From contig CAYLIO010000001.1 of NCBI GenBank assembly GCA_964383655.1, forward strand, positions 1 to 36,445: a DNA stretch of 36,445 nucleotides, in the 5' to 3' direction. This document shows, in pieces, positions 19,984-28,951 of the stretch. The position numbers were made by a program, and so were the translations under genes. Origin of the DNA: an uncultured Clostridia bacterium. Lineage in GTDB: Bacteria > Bacillota > Clostridia > Christensenellales > Borkfalkiaceae. The notes below the pieces were generated by a model. The model did no database searches and was not told where the DNA came from. It was given only the letters and a program-made list of their open reading frames with translations. How positions within the stretch are numbered: the stretch's first letter is position 1; each line of letters begins with the position of its first letter.

Positions 19984-20433
19984 ATGAAACATGTTATGCT
20001 GTATACGGACGGAGCATGTTCGAACAACCCGGGGGTTGGCGGATATGGCGCTGTCCTTATTTATAACGGATATGAAAAACAAATTTCAGGTGTAGTGGCC
20101 GAAACTACCAACAACAGGATGGAGCTTACTGCGATAATAGAGGGGCTTAAGTGCCTTAACCAGCCTTGTGAAGTAGATGTTTACAGCGATTCGGCGTATA
20201 CGGTAAACGCATTCAATTTAGGATGGGTATACAATTGGGAGCAATCAGGCTGGACAAAAGCGGATAAAAAAGCGGTGATCAACGTCGATCTTTGGCAGGA
20301 ACTTTTAAGACTGACACGGATGCACAGAGTGACTTTCAATAAGGTCAAAGGTCATGCCGACGATAAATATAATAATATCTGCGATAAGCTTGCAACCGAT
20401 GCCGTTAAAAATTTTTTGGAACAAAACGGTTAA
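19984..20433 (+). CDS. rnhA: Ribonuclease HI
   Basis: YTDGACSNNPGVGGYG, TNNRMELTA, YSDSAY and KGHA. Confidence 0.9.
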   Translation: MKHVMLYTDGACSNNPGVGGYGAVLIYNGYEKQISGVVAETTNNRMELTAIIEGLKCLNQPCEVDVYSDSAYTVNAFNLGWVYNWEQSGWTKADKKAVINVDLWQELLRLTRMHRVTFNKVKGHADDKYNNICDKLATDAVKNFLEQNG

Positions 20434-20487
20434 AATGCGGTTCGCCGATTTTTTTACCGGTTTATTGTTGTATGGCAGTCATATTGA

Positions 20488-20516
20488 TTGACATTATATG
20501 ACGTCTTCAATATAAT
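20488..20516 (+). promoter_or_regulatory. Consensus sigma-70 promoter upstream of the tRNA-Thr locus
   Basis: TTGACA (20488-20493), exactly 17 nt, then TATAAT (20511-20516). Confidence 0.55.
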
Positions 20517-20665
20517 TGTTAAGTACATTTTGCGAGAGCGAATATGTATAAATGCTTTTTAATTTTTTTTGTGTTTGTGCGTACGCTCGTAAGATTACGG
20601 AGATTACAAGCCGGCAACGGCTCTTGTAAGGCGACAGGTTCTTTTAAAATCTGAAATGGGATAGC

Positions 20666-20706
20666 GCTGTTATGGCTCAGCAGGCAGAGCACGTCCTTGG
20701 TAAGGA
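20666..20706 (+). pseudogene. 5'-half copy of tRNA-Thr (acceptor 5' strand through the anticodon loop), with no 3' half
   Basis: 41 nt matching 20768-20808 with 2 mismatches. The sequence after GGA diverges, and I found no T-arm before the intact gene. Confidence 0.6.
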
Positions 20707-20767
20707 ATAACAAGCCCTATTTTATAAGTCGTGTGCGGCACCGTAAAAACTTAATAAAACAGCATTT

Positions 20768-20842
<75 letters not shown>

Positions 20843-20843
<1 letters not shown>

Positions 20844-20872
20844 AAAAAACCACCGGATTTGGTGGTTTTTTT
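20843..20872 (+). terminator. Rho-independent terminator of tRNA-Thr
   Basis: AAAAAAACCACC-GGATTT-GGTGGTTTTTTT. Confidence 0.7.
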
Positions 20873-20897
20873 GTAGTGTGCCCGCCGGGCACACTAC
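20873..20897. repeat. Perfect 11-bp GC-rich hairpin directly abutting the tRNA terminator
   Basis: GTAGTGTGCCC-GCC-GGGCACACTAC. Confidence 0.5.
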
Positions 20898-20906
20898 AAG
20901 AACGGA

Positions 20907-20927
20907 CGCTTTGCGGATTACAAAGCG
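20907..20927 (-). terminator. Hairpin downstream of the ATPase gene
   Basis: CGCTTTG-CGGATTA-CAAAGCG, 15 nt beyond the stop at 20942. The T-tract is weak. Confidence 0.35.
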
Positions 20928-20941
20928 GTGCATGATACCTG

Positions 20942-22162
20942 TTAAATTAAGTTGTAGGGGATGATTTTTATGCCTTGTGCGAGCGGTAAAAGATTTTCGG
21001 CGTTGCATATTACGCCGCCTTCGCCTATGATGAGGGTAGGAAAATAGTCGCTTAATACCTTAAAATTTTTAACGTCTTTTATGTTCGGCGAAGAAGTTTT
21101 TTTAATCTCAATCGGATACAGCGTTTGGTTTTGATGGATCAGCAAATCTATTTCTTTACCGTCAGTATTGCGGAAAAAATATAAATTCGGCTCTTTCCCG
21201 GCATTGTAGTATGATTTGAGAATTTCGCTTACGATATAGGTTTCGTAAATATTTCCCGCTATAGCGCCGTTCATCAGAGTTTCGGGCGTTAACCATTTGC
21301 ATAGATAGCATACAAGTCCCGTGTCGGTAAAATATACTTTGGGCGTTTTGATAATGCGTTTGGTAACATTTAGCGAGTAAGGCTGTAAAAGATAAATAAT
21401 GTTTGACGCCTGTAAGACCGAAATCCATTTTTTAATTGTTTTGCTGTCAACACCCACGTCTTTTGCAATCGATGACATATTTAGAAGTTCGCCCGTTCTA
21501 CTTGCAAGAGCAGTCATAAATTGAACAAAGGTAAGAAGATCGCCTACCGAGATAAGTTGCCGAACGTCGCGTTCTATATAGGTACTCACATAAGAAGCAT
21601 AGTATTGTTCCCAATCCATATTGTCGTTTGAATATAGTTCCGGCAGACTGCCGCGATGGATGCGTTCCCACAAATTGCCAAGCGTTAGTTTTGTTTTGCT
21701 ATGCCGATTTGTTAGATATTCCGTAGTGGGAATAAACGGGGAATTGAAGTCGTCGCCGTCTATTTCGCGGTTGGACAGTCCAAGCATATCCACGATGCAA
21801 ACACGACCTGCAAGACTTTCGCTTACATGTTGCATAAGCTCGTACTTTTGCGAACCCGTGAGCAGATACATTCCCGCATGTCTATCGGAATCTATCAAAT
21901 ATTTAAGCACGATAAAACATTCGGGCATGCGTTGTATTTCGTCAATGGCGAGCGGAGAGGGATACAGTTTGAAAAATCCCATAGCGTCTTGTTTGATGCT
22001 CATCAGTACGAGCGGATCGTCAAGCGTTACATATCGTATGGACCGAAAGTCGGTTTTTAAGAGCGTGCTCTTGCCGACTTGCCGCGGACCTGTTAAAAGA
22101 ACGGAGGGGAAAGCCGAAAGAGATTTTGCTATTGTAGATTTGATATGACGTTTAATATACAT
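20942..22162 (-). CDS. P-loop ATPase (AAA_14 + DUF4143-type) with a C-terminal PD-(D/E)xK-like motif
   Basis: The MYIKRH start at 22162 has a GAGGTG RBS. Has Walker A LLTGPRQVGKSTLLK, Walker B AIDEIQ, and C-terminal EIDLL-x-IEIKK. I rejected the upstream 63-codon extension. Confidence 0.8.
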   Translation of the reverse strand: MYIKRHIKSTIAKSLSAFPSVLLTGPRQVGKSTLLKTDFRSIRYVTLDDPLVLMSIKQDAMGFFKLYPSPLAIDEIQRMPECFIVLKYLIDSDRHAGMYLLTGSQKYELMQHVSESLAGRVCIVDMLGLSNREIDGDDFNSPFIPTTEYLTNRHSKTKLTLGNLWERIHRGSLPELYSNDNMDWEQYYASYVSTYIERDVRQLISVGDLLTFVQFMTALASRTGELLNMSSIAKDVGVDSKTIKKWISVLQASNIIYLLQPYSLNVTKRIIKTPKVYFTDTGLVCYLCKWLTPETLMNGAIAGNIYETYIVSEILKSYYNAGKEPNLYFFRNTDGKEIDLLIHQNQTLYPIEIKKTSSPNIKDVKNFKVLSDYFPTLIIGEGGVICNAENLLPLAQGIKIIPYNLI

Positions 22163-22187
22163 TCCGCACCTCAAATTTTCGGATAAT

Positions 22188-22776
22188 TTGGAAATCAAGT
22201 CCATTATATCCGAAAAAAATAAAAAAGTCAACCTATGGGTAACGCAACGAGGAATGGCTGAACTGTTTGACGTCAATGTTCCAGCTATTTCAAAGCACCT
22301 TTCAAACATATATGCAGAAGGTGAATTGTCACCCGAAGCAACCATTTCCAAAATGGAAATAGTTCAAGCCGAAGGCAAAAGAAATGTAAGTAGATCCGTG
22401 GATTTTTATAACCTTGATGCCGTCATATCGGTTGGATATCGCGTCAATTCCCGTCGCGCTACACAATTTCGTATTCGGGCTACAAGCGTTCTGAAAGAGT
22501 TTTGTATTGAATGACGAACGGTTAAAACAAGGCGAAACCGTCTTTGGTAATGACTATTTTCATGAACTGTCGGAACGTGTACGTTCTATTCGAGCAAGCG
22601 AACGTAGAATCCGGCAGCAAATCACCGATATTTTTGCAGAATGTAGCATTGACTATGATAAAGATTCTCCTATCGCGCAAGAGTTTTATGCAACGGTGCA
22701 AAATAAATTCGCTATGCCGTTACGGGGCAAACACCCCTTTCAATATGACGAAAGCCGCCGCCAATTTTTATTATAA
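22188..22776 (+). pseudogene. rhuM: RhuM-family gene, frameshifted and 3'-truncated
   Basis: ...WVTQRGMAELF...YNLDAVISVGYRVNSRRATQFRIRATSVLKEF stops at 22512-22514. It continues in another frame from 22507 as (L)NDERLKQGE...IRASERRIRQQITDIF...IDYDKDSPIAQEFYATVQNK, then degenerates and ends against the next gene. Confidence 0.7.
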
Positions 22777-24168
22777 CTGTTCTATAAGTCTGACATTTAT
22801 ATTTTCTTTTGCCTCATTCCTCAATCCCTGCGTAAAGCCTGCCGAACTAAATAGGATATACTGCACATTTTTTGTATGCGTGAGTCTGAGCATGGCATCG
22901 GCTTTTTCTTGCAGATCGCGTAAAACGGATAAGCCTTTGGGGGAGGCGGTGTATTTACATTCGCCAAGTACAAGGTTTTCGCCGATTGTATCTATGGCAA
23001 CGATGTCGATTTCACCCGCTTTTGCGCCCCAATATCTGCCCGCTTTGTCAAAGTGGAAATCCCAAGTGTCGGTGGCTGAAAGTTCCCACATTTTTTCGCG
23101 GCAAACGTCCTCATAGACAAAGGCGGCATAATTCTGTGCAAATCCTTTTTTGATTTGCGACAGCACAAAGGTTGTTTCGCCTTTTTCAAGGTAGGCTCGA
23201 TAGGGATAAACGAATTTGAACCAAAACGCGATGAAGTTATCCGCGATGCGGTAAAGCCCGCTTTTGCTTTTTTCGGGTGCAGTCTCCGTTACGGGAACTT
23301 CACGTTCGACAAGATCCAAGTCCATCAAAACTTTCAGATACTTTGTAAGCCCCGTCTGTTTCAAACCAAGATTTGTTGCTATATCAGAAAGTTTGCGGTT
23401 GCCCATGGCAATCGCCTTAATGAGTGAGAAATAACTGCCAATCGCGCTTACCTCTTTTTGCAGGAGGAAGTAAGGTTCTTCATAGAGAAAACTCTGCGAA
23501 TTGAGTACGTTTTCTTCAATTGCCTCAAAAATGTCAGTATAATTACAGAAAGTTTCGATATACTTCGGAACGCCGCCCGTCACTGCATAAAACGGAAGCA
23601 GTTCGTTATTTCCCCGTCCTTCAAAAAATTCGTGATAATGGCCGGGCGATATTTGTTTGAGTTTGATTTGTGCCGTGCGTCTGCCATAAAGAGGAGAACT
23701 GTAATCGAGCGTCTGCGACTTCATAAGCGATACGAGAGAGCCGCACAAAATCAACATAACATTCGCGTCTTTGAGCAGCGTATCCCAGACCTTTTGCATA
23801 ACGGACGGGAATGCCGAATCGGACTGCCCGATATATTGAAACTCGTCTATCACGATTATTTTTTTCGTTACCGTTTTATATTCGACCAGCGTTTTAAATA
23901 CGGTAAACCAGTCAACGGCAGCGGACTTTAAAAGTTCGTTGCCGGTAAACTCCGCAACCTGAACTTTGAAGTAGTTCAGGTTTTGCATTTCAGATTCTTC
24001 GGTCGCAAGAAAGTAGAGCGAGTTTGAATGCCGTTTCAAAAACTTCGTAATAAGCGCTGTCTTGCCTACGCGTCGTCTTCCGTAAACGATGACAAGGGCT
24101 GATTGATTTGCTGCATATTGTTTTTCTAAAGCTTCTGACTCTCTTGCGCGGTTGACGAATTTTTGCAT
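22771..24168 (-). CDS. P-loop ATPase (archaeal-ATPase type + DUF234) with a C-terminal PD-(D/E)xK-like motif
   Basis: Walker A VYGRRRVGKTALITKF, Walker B IVIDEFQY, a winged-helix-like middle region, and C-terminal GEIDIVAID...LGECKY. Confidence 0.8.
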   Translation of the reverse strand: MQKFVNRARESEALEKQYAANQSALVIVYGRRRVGKTALITKFLKRHSNSLYFLATEESEMQNLNYFKVQVAEFTGNELLKSAAVDWFTVFKTLVEYKTVTKKIIVIDEFQYIGQSDSAFPSVMQKVWDTLLKDANVMLILCGSLVSLMKSQTLDYSSPLYGRRTAQIKLKQISPGHYHEFFEGRGNNELLPFYAVTGGVPKYIETFCNYTDIFEAIEENVLNSQSFLYEEPYFLLQKEVSAIGSYFSLIKAIAMGNRKLSDIATNLGLKQTGLTKYLKVLMDLDLVEREVPVTETAPEKSKSGLYRIADNFIAFWFKFVYPYRAYLEKGETTFVLSQIKKGFAQNYAAFVYEDVCREKMWELSATDTWDFHFDKAGRYWGAKAGEIDIVAIDTIGENLVLGECKYTASPKGLSVLRDLQEKADAMLRLTHTKNVQYILFSSAGFTQGLRNEAKENINVRLIEQL

Positions 24169-24431
24169 TTTATCCCACCGAAAAGTTCTTATCTAATTTT
24201 ATACTCAAAATTATAATAATTACAAGTATAATCAGGCTGTTTCAAAAATATCTGCTCAACGCGAGTAACCGAATCAAACGCGGATATATTTTATCTGACG
24301 AACGCGTCGTTTCTCAAAAAGGTAAAATAGTTTATCTGCCGATCAGTGAAAGGTCGCAGGCGTCAGTCTGCGACGGATAGGGGAAGCGACTCTCAGGGTT
24401 TTATACTCTAAAAAATTTTAAGGACTGTGAC

Positions 24432-26156
24432 TTACAAGTCGTTTTTATATTGCTTGATAAATTTTCTCAAGCACTCGCAGGGCCTGCCGTATGAATCATA
24501 GCCGGTGTCCTTGCATGTTTCGCAGTTGTAGCGGGGGGTTAAGTCTTTCTTATCTATGCCGAGTTCTTTCAGTCTGTTATCTGCAGAAAGTTCGGCGGAC
24601 GTTATGCTTGCAGTCAGTGCGTCTGTCGGCTGACTGCGGCTTTCGGCAAGCGCGAGGTCGATGTAAAGTTTGTTTATGCGTCTGTGGAGAGAGCCGTAAG
24701 TTTCGTCGGCAAGGGCGCGGTTTAATGTTTTCTCGGCTTTGTCCTCGGCGATCTGTCTCAGGTCAGAGTAGTGGCGTTCTATAACCGATCTTTCCACCGT
24801 CTTTTTATCGGTCGATTTTGTTTCGTAAGACGGGGAAGCTTTTTTAATCTTATCCGGCTCGAAGATGCCTTCATTCTTCCAGGCGGAGAGAATGCCGTTC
24901 ATGTAAGCTACCGGATTGCTCTTCCCCGAAGTGAGTTCTGCCGCTCTTAAAATCATCTCGTCGGTAAAGCTCCATTCATGCCAGCGGGAGAGACGTTCTC
25001 TGTCGCTCGGCAGGATGTGTCTCGTAAGACTGCAGGCGGAAAGAATCTTTTTTATAAAGTCGTCCTCGGCGTCTCTTTCGCTGATGTATTTTCTTACGCT
25101 TTCTTCGTTGACTATCCCTAAGCCGTAAAGGTCGGAAATGAAGTCGTTCATCGCCTCGAAAGATTTTCTCTCGTGTGTGAAGCAATAGTTTGCAAGGGTC
25201 TTGAGGGTATCAAACTCATAGCCTTTATCGCACCACAGCGAGACATAATTCTCGACGTACGGCGCAGGGTTTTGCATATATACTCCGAGCGCCTTTGCTA
25301 TCTCTGAGGCGGCGCCATAGACAGAGGTCTTGTTCTTGCAATAGAACTCGATTTCTTTCACGTCGAATTTCTTGTTTCTGTAAAGCTCGCCTATGACATC
25401 GTCCAGTTTTGACATGTTCTTTGTCCTGAAATATTTGGAAGCGGCAATAACCGCATCGTCGGTGAAGCCCATCTCGTCCGTCCATTTTTTATAGAGTTTC
25501 TCGTCGTCGACGTCCGGGCTGCGATTTATGCCGGCTTCAGAGAATATCTTGACGAGCGTAGGGGTGGCGGAAGTGAACCTTGCGAGTTTCTCGTCTACTT
25601 TTGAGGCTGTCACGGCACCGTCTGCGGCAAAACTTTTGGCTACTTTTTTTATGTATTGAACGCGTATATCGTCGCCTTTTAAGTTGACGCAATAGGTAAT
25701 GATCATCAGAAGGGCGTTCTGTTCGAAGCTGTATTCCTCGAGCAGGTAAAAATATTCCCTGTATTCGTTTGTGGATATCATTCTGCCCTTTATTATGGAC
25801 TGTACGGTCTTTGCGAAATCGGCATATTTTTCGGGTTTGTAGCGTTTAGGCGTGCCGGCGACGTTATCTGCATCAAGATAGGAGACCTCGAAAGGCGAGC
25901 GGTTTGTAATCTTTACGAGCTCGAACTCTTCAAGGTATTCATAGCAGTTTACGGCCTGTTCCTCAGAAATATTGAGGCTTGTCGCAAGGTCTGTGATCGT
26001 AAAAGAGGTTGTGCCGCGTGAGCAAAGATAGAGGCCGTAAATATAGACCTTAACGGCCTGCGCGTCTAGAACGGGCAGGTATTTGGTTATGAATTTATTC
26101 TCAACGAAAGTGAATGATTTTGCCGAAAAATCGGGTGAAAGCGATACAAATGCCAT
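24432..26156 (-). CDS. DnaD/DnaB_2-domain replication initiation protein with a C-terminal Cys4 zinc ribbon
   Basis: 574 aa. The N terminus FVENKFITKYLPVLDAQAVKVYIYGLYLC is typical of DnaD-domain proteins. Two repeated DnaB_2-like segments follow. The C terminus reads CETCKDTGYDSYGRPCEC. Confidence 0.75.
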   Translation of the reverse strand: MAFVSLSPDFSAKSFTFVENKFITKYLPVLDAQAVKVYIYGLYLCSRGTTSFTITDLATSLNISEEQAVNCYEYLEEFELVKITNRSPFEVSYLDADNVAGTPKRYKPEKYADFAKTVQSIIKGRMISTNEYREYFYLLEEYSFEQNALLMIITYCVNLKGDDIRVQYIKKVAKSFAADGAVTASKVDEKLARFTSATPTLVKIFSEAGINRSPDVDDEKLYKKWTDEMGFTDDAVIAASKYFRTKNMSKLDDVIGELYRNKKFDVKEIEFYCKNKTSVYGAASEIAKALGVYMQNPAPYVENYVSLWCDKGYEFDTLKTLANYCFTHERKSFEAMNDFISDLYGLGIVNEESVRKYISERDAEDDFIKKILSACSLTRHILPSDRERLSRWHEWSFTDEMILRAAELTSGKSNPVAYMNGILSAWKNEGIFEPDKIKKASPSYETKSTDKKTVERSVIERHYSDLRQIAEDKAEKTLNRALADETYGSLHRRINKLYIDLALAESRSQPTDALTASITSAELSADNRLKELGIDKKDLTPRYNCETCKDTGYDSYGRPCECLRKFIKQYKNDL

Positions 26157-26520
26157 ATTTCAAAATTCCGTCTTAATGCTTGCTTTATTGATGTAAAAGG
26201 AATATAATTAGAGAAAGTTGCAAGCCTTCTTCAAAGCGCAAAAATTATAACTTAAAAGACGGAAAAAATCAATAAGTTTGACCGGCATAAAATATTTAAT
26301 GAGGCAAGATAATCGCGGCCATGCGCAGATACTCAGGCTGTGCGGTTTGCGTATAAAAAAGGGCTTGCGTTTTGCCTTCATACGCGCATTGAAATACCGC
26401 GCGTGCGCATTTTTGCCCGAAAGGCTTGAAAGCGCCGTTTTTTTATACGGAAGGAACTCGCGCGAAGAAAGATTTGATCGAATTGCGAACAGCTCATAAC
26501 TTATAGGTTATCGAGAAGTT

Positions 26521-28236
26521 GTGCGCGGCGGTTCGATATTAAAAACCATATACCGAGGTGTTGAATTGTCTAATATTCTCACTCCAGTGTCGCTTTGGAA
26601 AGATTTTGATGACAGTCTTGACGTTAATGCCGAGGTTCTGTCCGAGAGATCCGAAGACGGTATAAAATTCCAATATATACACTTTTTCGGCAGGCAAACA
26701 GAAAAGGACCGTGTGAAGATATATGCGGCGTTTGCGCAAAGCGAGAAGACACCGTCTGACGATGCAGTCATACTTCTTTCGGATTTCGACGGTGCTCTTG
26801 ACGAGGAGCTGATCAGATTTTTTGTTAAGGCCGGATACTCCGTGCTCATGCCCGATTATCGCGGAAGATGGGAGGGGTGTGAAAAAAGCACCGTCTATCC
26901 CGAGGACATCGCATACGCAAACGTTGCCGAGTGCGCGGGGCACAGGGATGTCGTGAATGAAGATGCTTCGCGCACCTGTTGGTACGAGTGGGTTGCGGTT
27001 GCAAGGTATGCGTACAAATATCTGACCGGGCGAGGCGACATAAACAAGGTCGGAGCGGTCGGTATAAGGGCGGGCGGCGAGATCGTATGGAAACTTGCCG
27101 CAACAGTCGATCTCGCGTGTATCGTCACCGTATGCGCGGCGGGCTGGAAGACGTACAGCGGGTACCATAAGTTCAGCAGTGCCGAGCCTAAGCTTGACGA
27201 AGAGCGTTACCGGTTTATTGCGGGGATCGATTCACAGTCGTATGCGCCATTCGTAAGATGTCCGGTGCTTATGCTGTGCAGTACGAACGATGACGGTTTC
27301 GACTATGACAGGGCATATGACACCTATTCGCGAATCAACGAAAAATATATAGGCGGGAGCGTCATATCTTATTCCGTGCATTGCAACGGCCTCATTGACA
27401 CAGACGGGACTAATGATATGCTTCTCTTCCTTGACGGGTATGTAAAAGAAAGACAGGTATTCATTCCTAAACCTGCAGAGATAGTCGTCATGGTCGACAA
27501 CGATGAAAATCTCGTTGCGCGCGCCGAATTTGATGAACACGGCGTTCCGGAAGTTTTCGGGATGTATATGTCGGAAGATTGTCTTGATCCGCTATGCCGC
27601 GAATGGTCATTGGCGAGGTATAAAGGAGGCTCGGACAATATTCGTGATTTCTATCTGGATATATACGAAAAAACCTCTGTCTTGTTTGCGTTTTGCTATG
27701 CCAAATATACCAACGGATTTACCGTTTGGTCGAAAATGACCGTCAAGAGGGTGAGCGGCAAGTTCCGGAACATGCGCAAAAAATGCAATGTCATCTACTC
27801 GGCTAAAAACGGAGTTGACAGTTTTTCGATCGCTGACAGATCGTTTGCGCTCGGCGGCGTATTTTTAACCAGCGATACGGTGCTGCCCCAGGTTGTAGAC
27901 AAGGGCGACGGGCTCAAGGGTCTGTATTCGGTATGCGGACTCATGACTTTCAGGCTGAACAGTCCGCGTTATGCTCCCGCGCAGGATAGCGTTTTGAAGC
28001 TGGATGTCATGTGCGATAACGATGCCGTAGTTTCGTTCGGCATAAAAGATATCGACGATGGTGCATGTTACAATACGGATTTTGCGTGCAAGGGCGGTGT
28101 ATGGCACACGGTTCTTTTGGAATGCAAGCAATTCAAGGATTCGCTCGGCAAGCATTTGCCGAGTTTCTGCAGGAAAATAAAGTTTTCGATCGTATGCTCT
28201 GAGCAGTATGCGGTCAATAACATAATGTGGCTTTAG
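26521..28236 (+). CDS. Hypothetical protein: alpha/beta-hydrolase (acetyl-xylan-esterase-like) N-domain plus an unknown C-domain
   Basis: 571 aa from a GTG start. An alternative TTG start at 26566 has a GAGGTG RBS at 26555-26560. Has VILLSDFDG, SVLMPDYRG, GAVGIRAGGE at the nucleophile-elbow position, and PVLMLCSTNDD. Confidence 0.6.
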   Translation: MRGGSILKTIYRGVELSNILTPVSLWKDFDDSLDVNAEVLSERSEDGIKFQYIHFFGRQTEKDRVKIYAAFAQSEKTPSDDAVILLSDFDGALDEELIRFFVKAGYSVLMPDYRGRWEGCEKSTVYPEDIAYANVAECAGHRDVVNEDASRTCWYEWVAVARYAYKYLTGRGDINKVGAVGIRAGGEIVWKLAATVDLACIVTVCAAGWKTYSGYHKFSSAEPKLDEERYRFIAGIDSQSYAPFVRCPVLMLCSTNDDGFDYDRAYDTYSRINEKYIGGSVISYSVHCNGLIDTDGTNDMLLFLDGYVKERQVFIPKPAEIVVMVDNDENLVARAEFDEHGVPEVFGMYMSEDCLDPLCREWSLARYKGGSDNIRDFYLDIYEKTSVLFAFCYAKYTNGFTVWSKMTVKRVSGKFRNMRKKCNVIYSAKNGVDSFSIADRSFALGGVFLTSDTVLPQVVDKGDGLKGLYSVCGLMTFRLNSPRYAPAQDSVLKLDVMCDNDAVVSFGIKDIDDGACYNTDFACKGGVWHTVLLECKQFKDSLGKHLPSFCRKIKFSIVCSEQYAVNNIMWL

Positions 28237-28258
28237 TATAATGTGGCTTTAGTAAAGT

Positions 28259-28879
28259 ATGTATGAAAATCTTCTTTTAAATAAGAAAAAATATGTCGCG
28301 TACAAGGACCCGGTTGTAATAGCACTTCTTCTTTTCCTCATTTTATTCCTTTTCGGATTCGGTTTTTTGTCGCGTTACAATTTAATATATGTAATCGGAG
28401 ACTCCATGTTGCCTACACTCACCGGTGCGCCGAGCGAGGACGAGGCGGGAGGCGATTACCTGTTTGTGGACACATCGGCCGAACCTGAGCACGGCGACAT
28501 CGTCGTGGCGTATGCCGGGGTTAACGGTTCGCAGCATCTCATTATCAAGAGAGTGATAGCGTGCGGCGGGGACAAGATTTACATAGACTCAGGCGCCGTG
28601 TATATCATATACGCCGGCGATGATGAATACACCATACTTGATGAGGACTACGTTGCGGCTGAAAACAACGACTATGATTTTTTCCTCGATTGGCTTGAGA
28701 TTCCTGAGGGGGAGTACTTTCTTATGGGCGACAACAGGATAAACAGCGACGACAGCAGGAATAAATACGGTACGTTTGACGAGGATGATATCGTCGGCGT
28801 GGTAACCGCTTGGTCACTGTCGGCAAAATCGTACATTACCGCATTTTATACGTTCTTTACTTTCGGCGTGACGACATAA
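28259..28879 (+). CDS. lepB: Signal peptidase I
   Basis: N-terminal TM helix, GDSMLPTL, IKRVIACGGD and GDNRINSDDSR. Confidence 0.88.
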   Translation: MYENLLLNKKKYVAYKDPVVIALLLFLILFLFGFGFLSRYNLIYVIGDSMLPTLTGAPSEDEAGGDYLFVDTSAEPEHGDIVVAYAGVNGSQHLIIKRVIACGGDKIYIDSGAVYIIYAGDDEYTILDEDYVAAENNDYDFFLDWLEIPEGEYFLMGDNRINSDDSRNKYGTFDEDDIVGVVTAWSLSAKSYITAFYTFFTFGVTT

Positions 28880-28951
28880 AAAAGACTGTTTTTTTGTGGT
28901 TTTCGTATAAAAATTTCAACATTTTATAATTAACGGAGGGTACTATATTTT

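Noticed and set aside
19225-20082. 285-aa minus-strand ORF
   Set aside because: It is antisense to proC and the rnhA 5' end, and has no motifs.
22163-22351. 63-codon N-terminal extension of the AAA_14/DUF4143 ATPase ORF
   Set aside because: The family-typical MYIKRH start at 22162 has a GAGGTG RBS. The extension would overlap the divergent rhuM remnant.
21621-23116. Plus-strand ORFs 21621-22148 (175 aa) and 22544-23116 (190 aa)
   Set aside because: They are antisense to, or out of frame with, the two ATPase genes and the rhuM remnant. The ATPase frames carry clear Walker motifs.
24268-24285. ACCGAATCAAACGCGGAT resembles the tRNA-Thr T-arm (ACCGGTTCAAATCCGGTT) and could mark the distal att site of the tRNA-Thr island
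   Set aside because: Only about 13 of 18 positions match, and there is no flanking similarity, so this is compatible with chance. I kept it only as something to test with a proper alignment.
24199-24415. Direct repeat TTTTATACTC(N)AAAA at about 24203 and about 24400
   Set aside because: It is about 10 nt of A+T-rich sequence in an A+T-rich spacer, which is likely coincidental.
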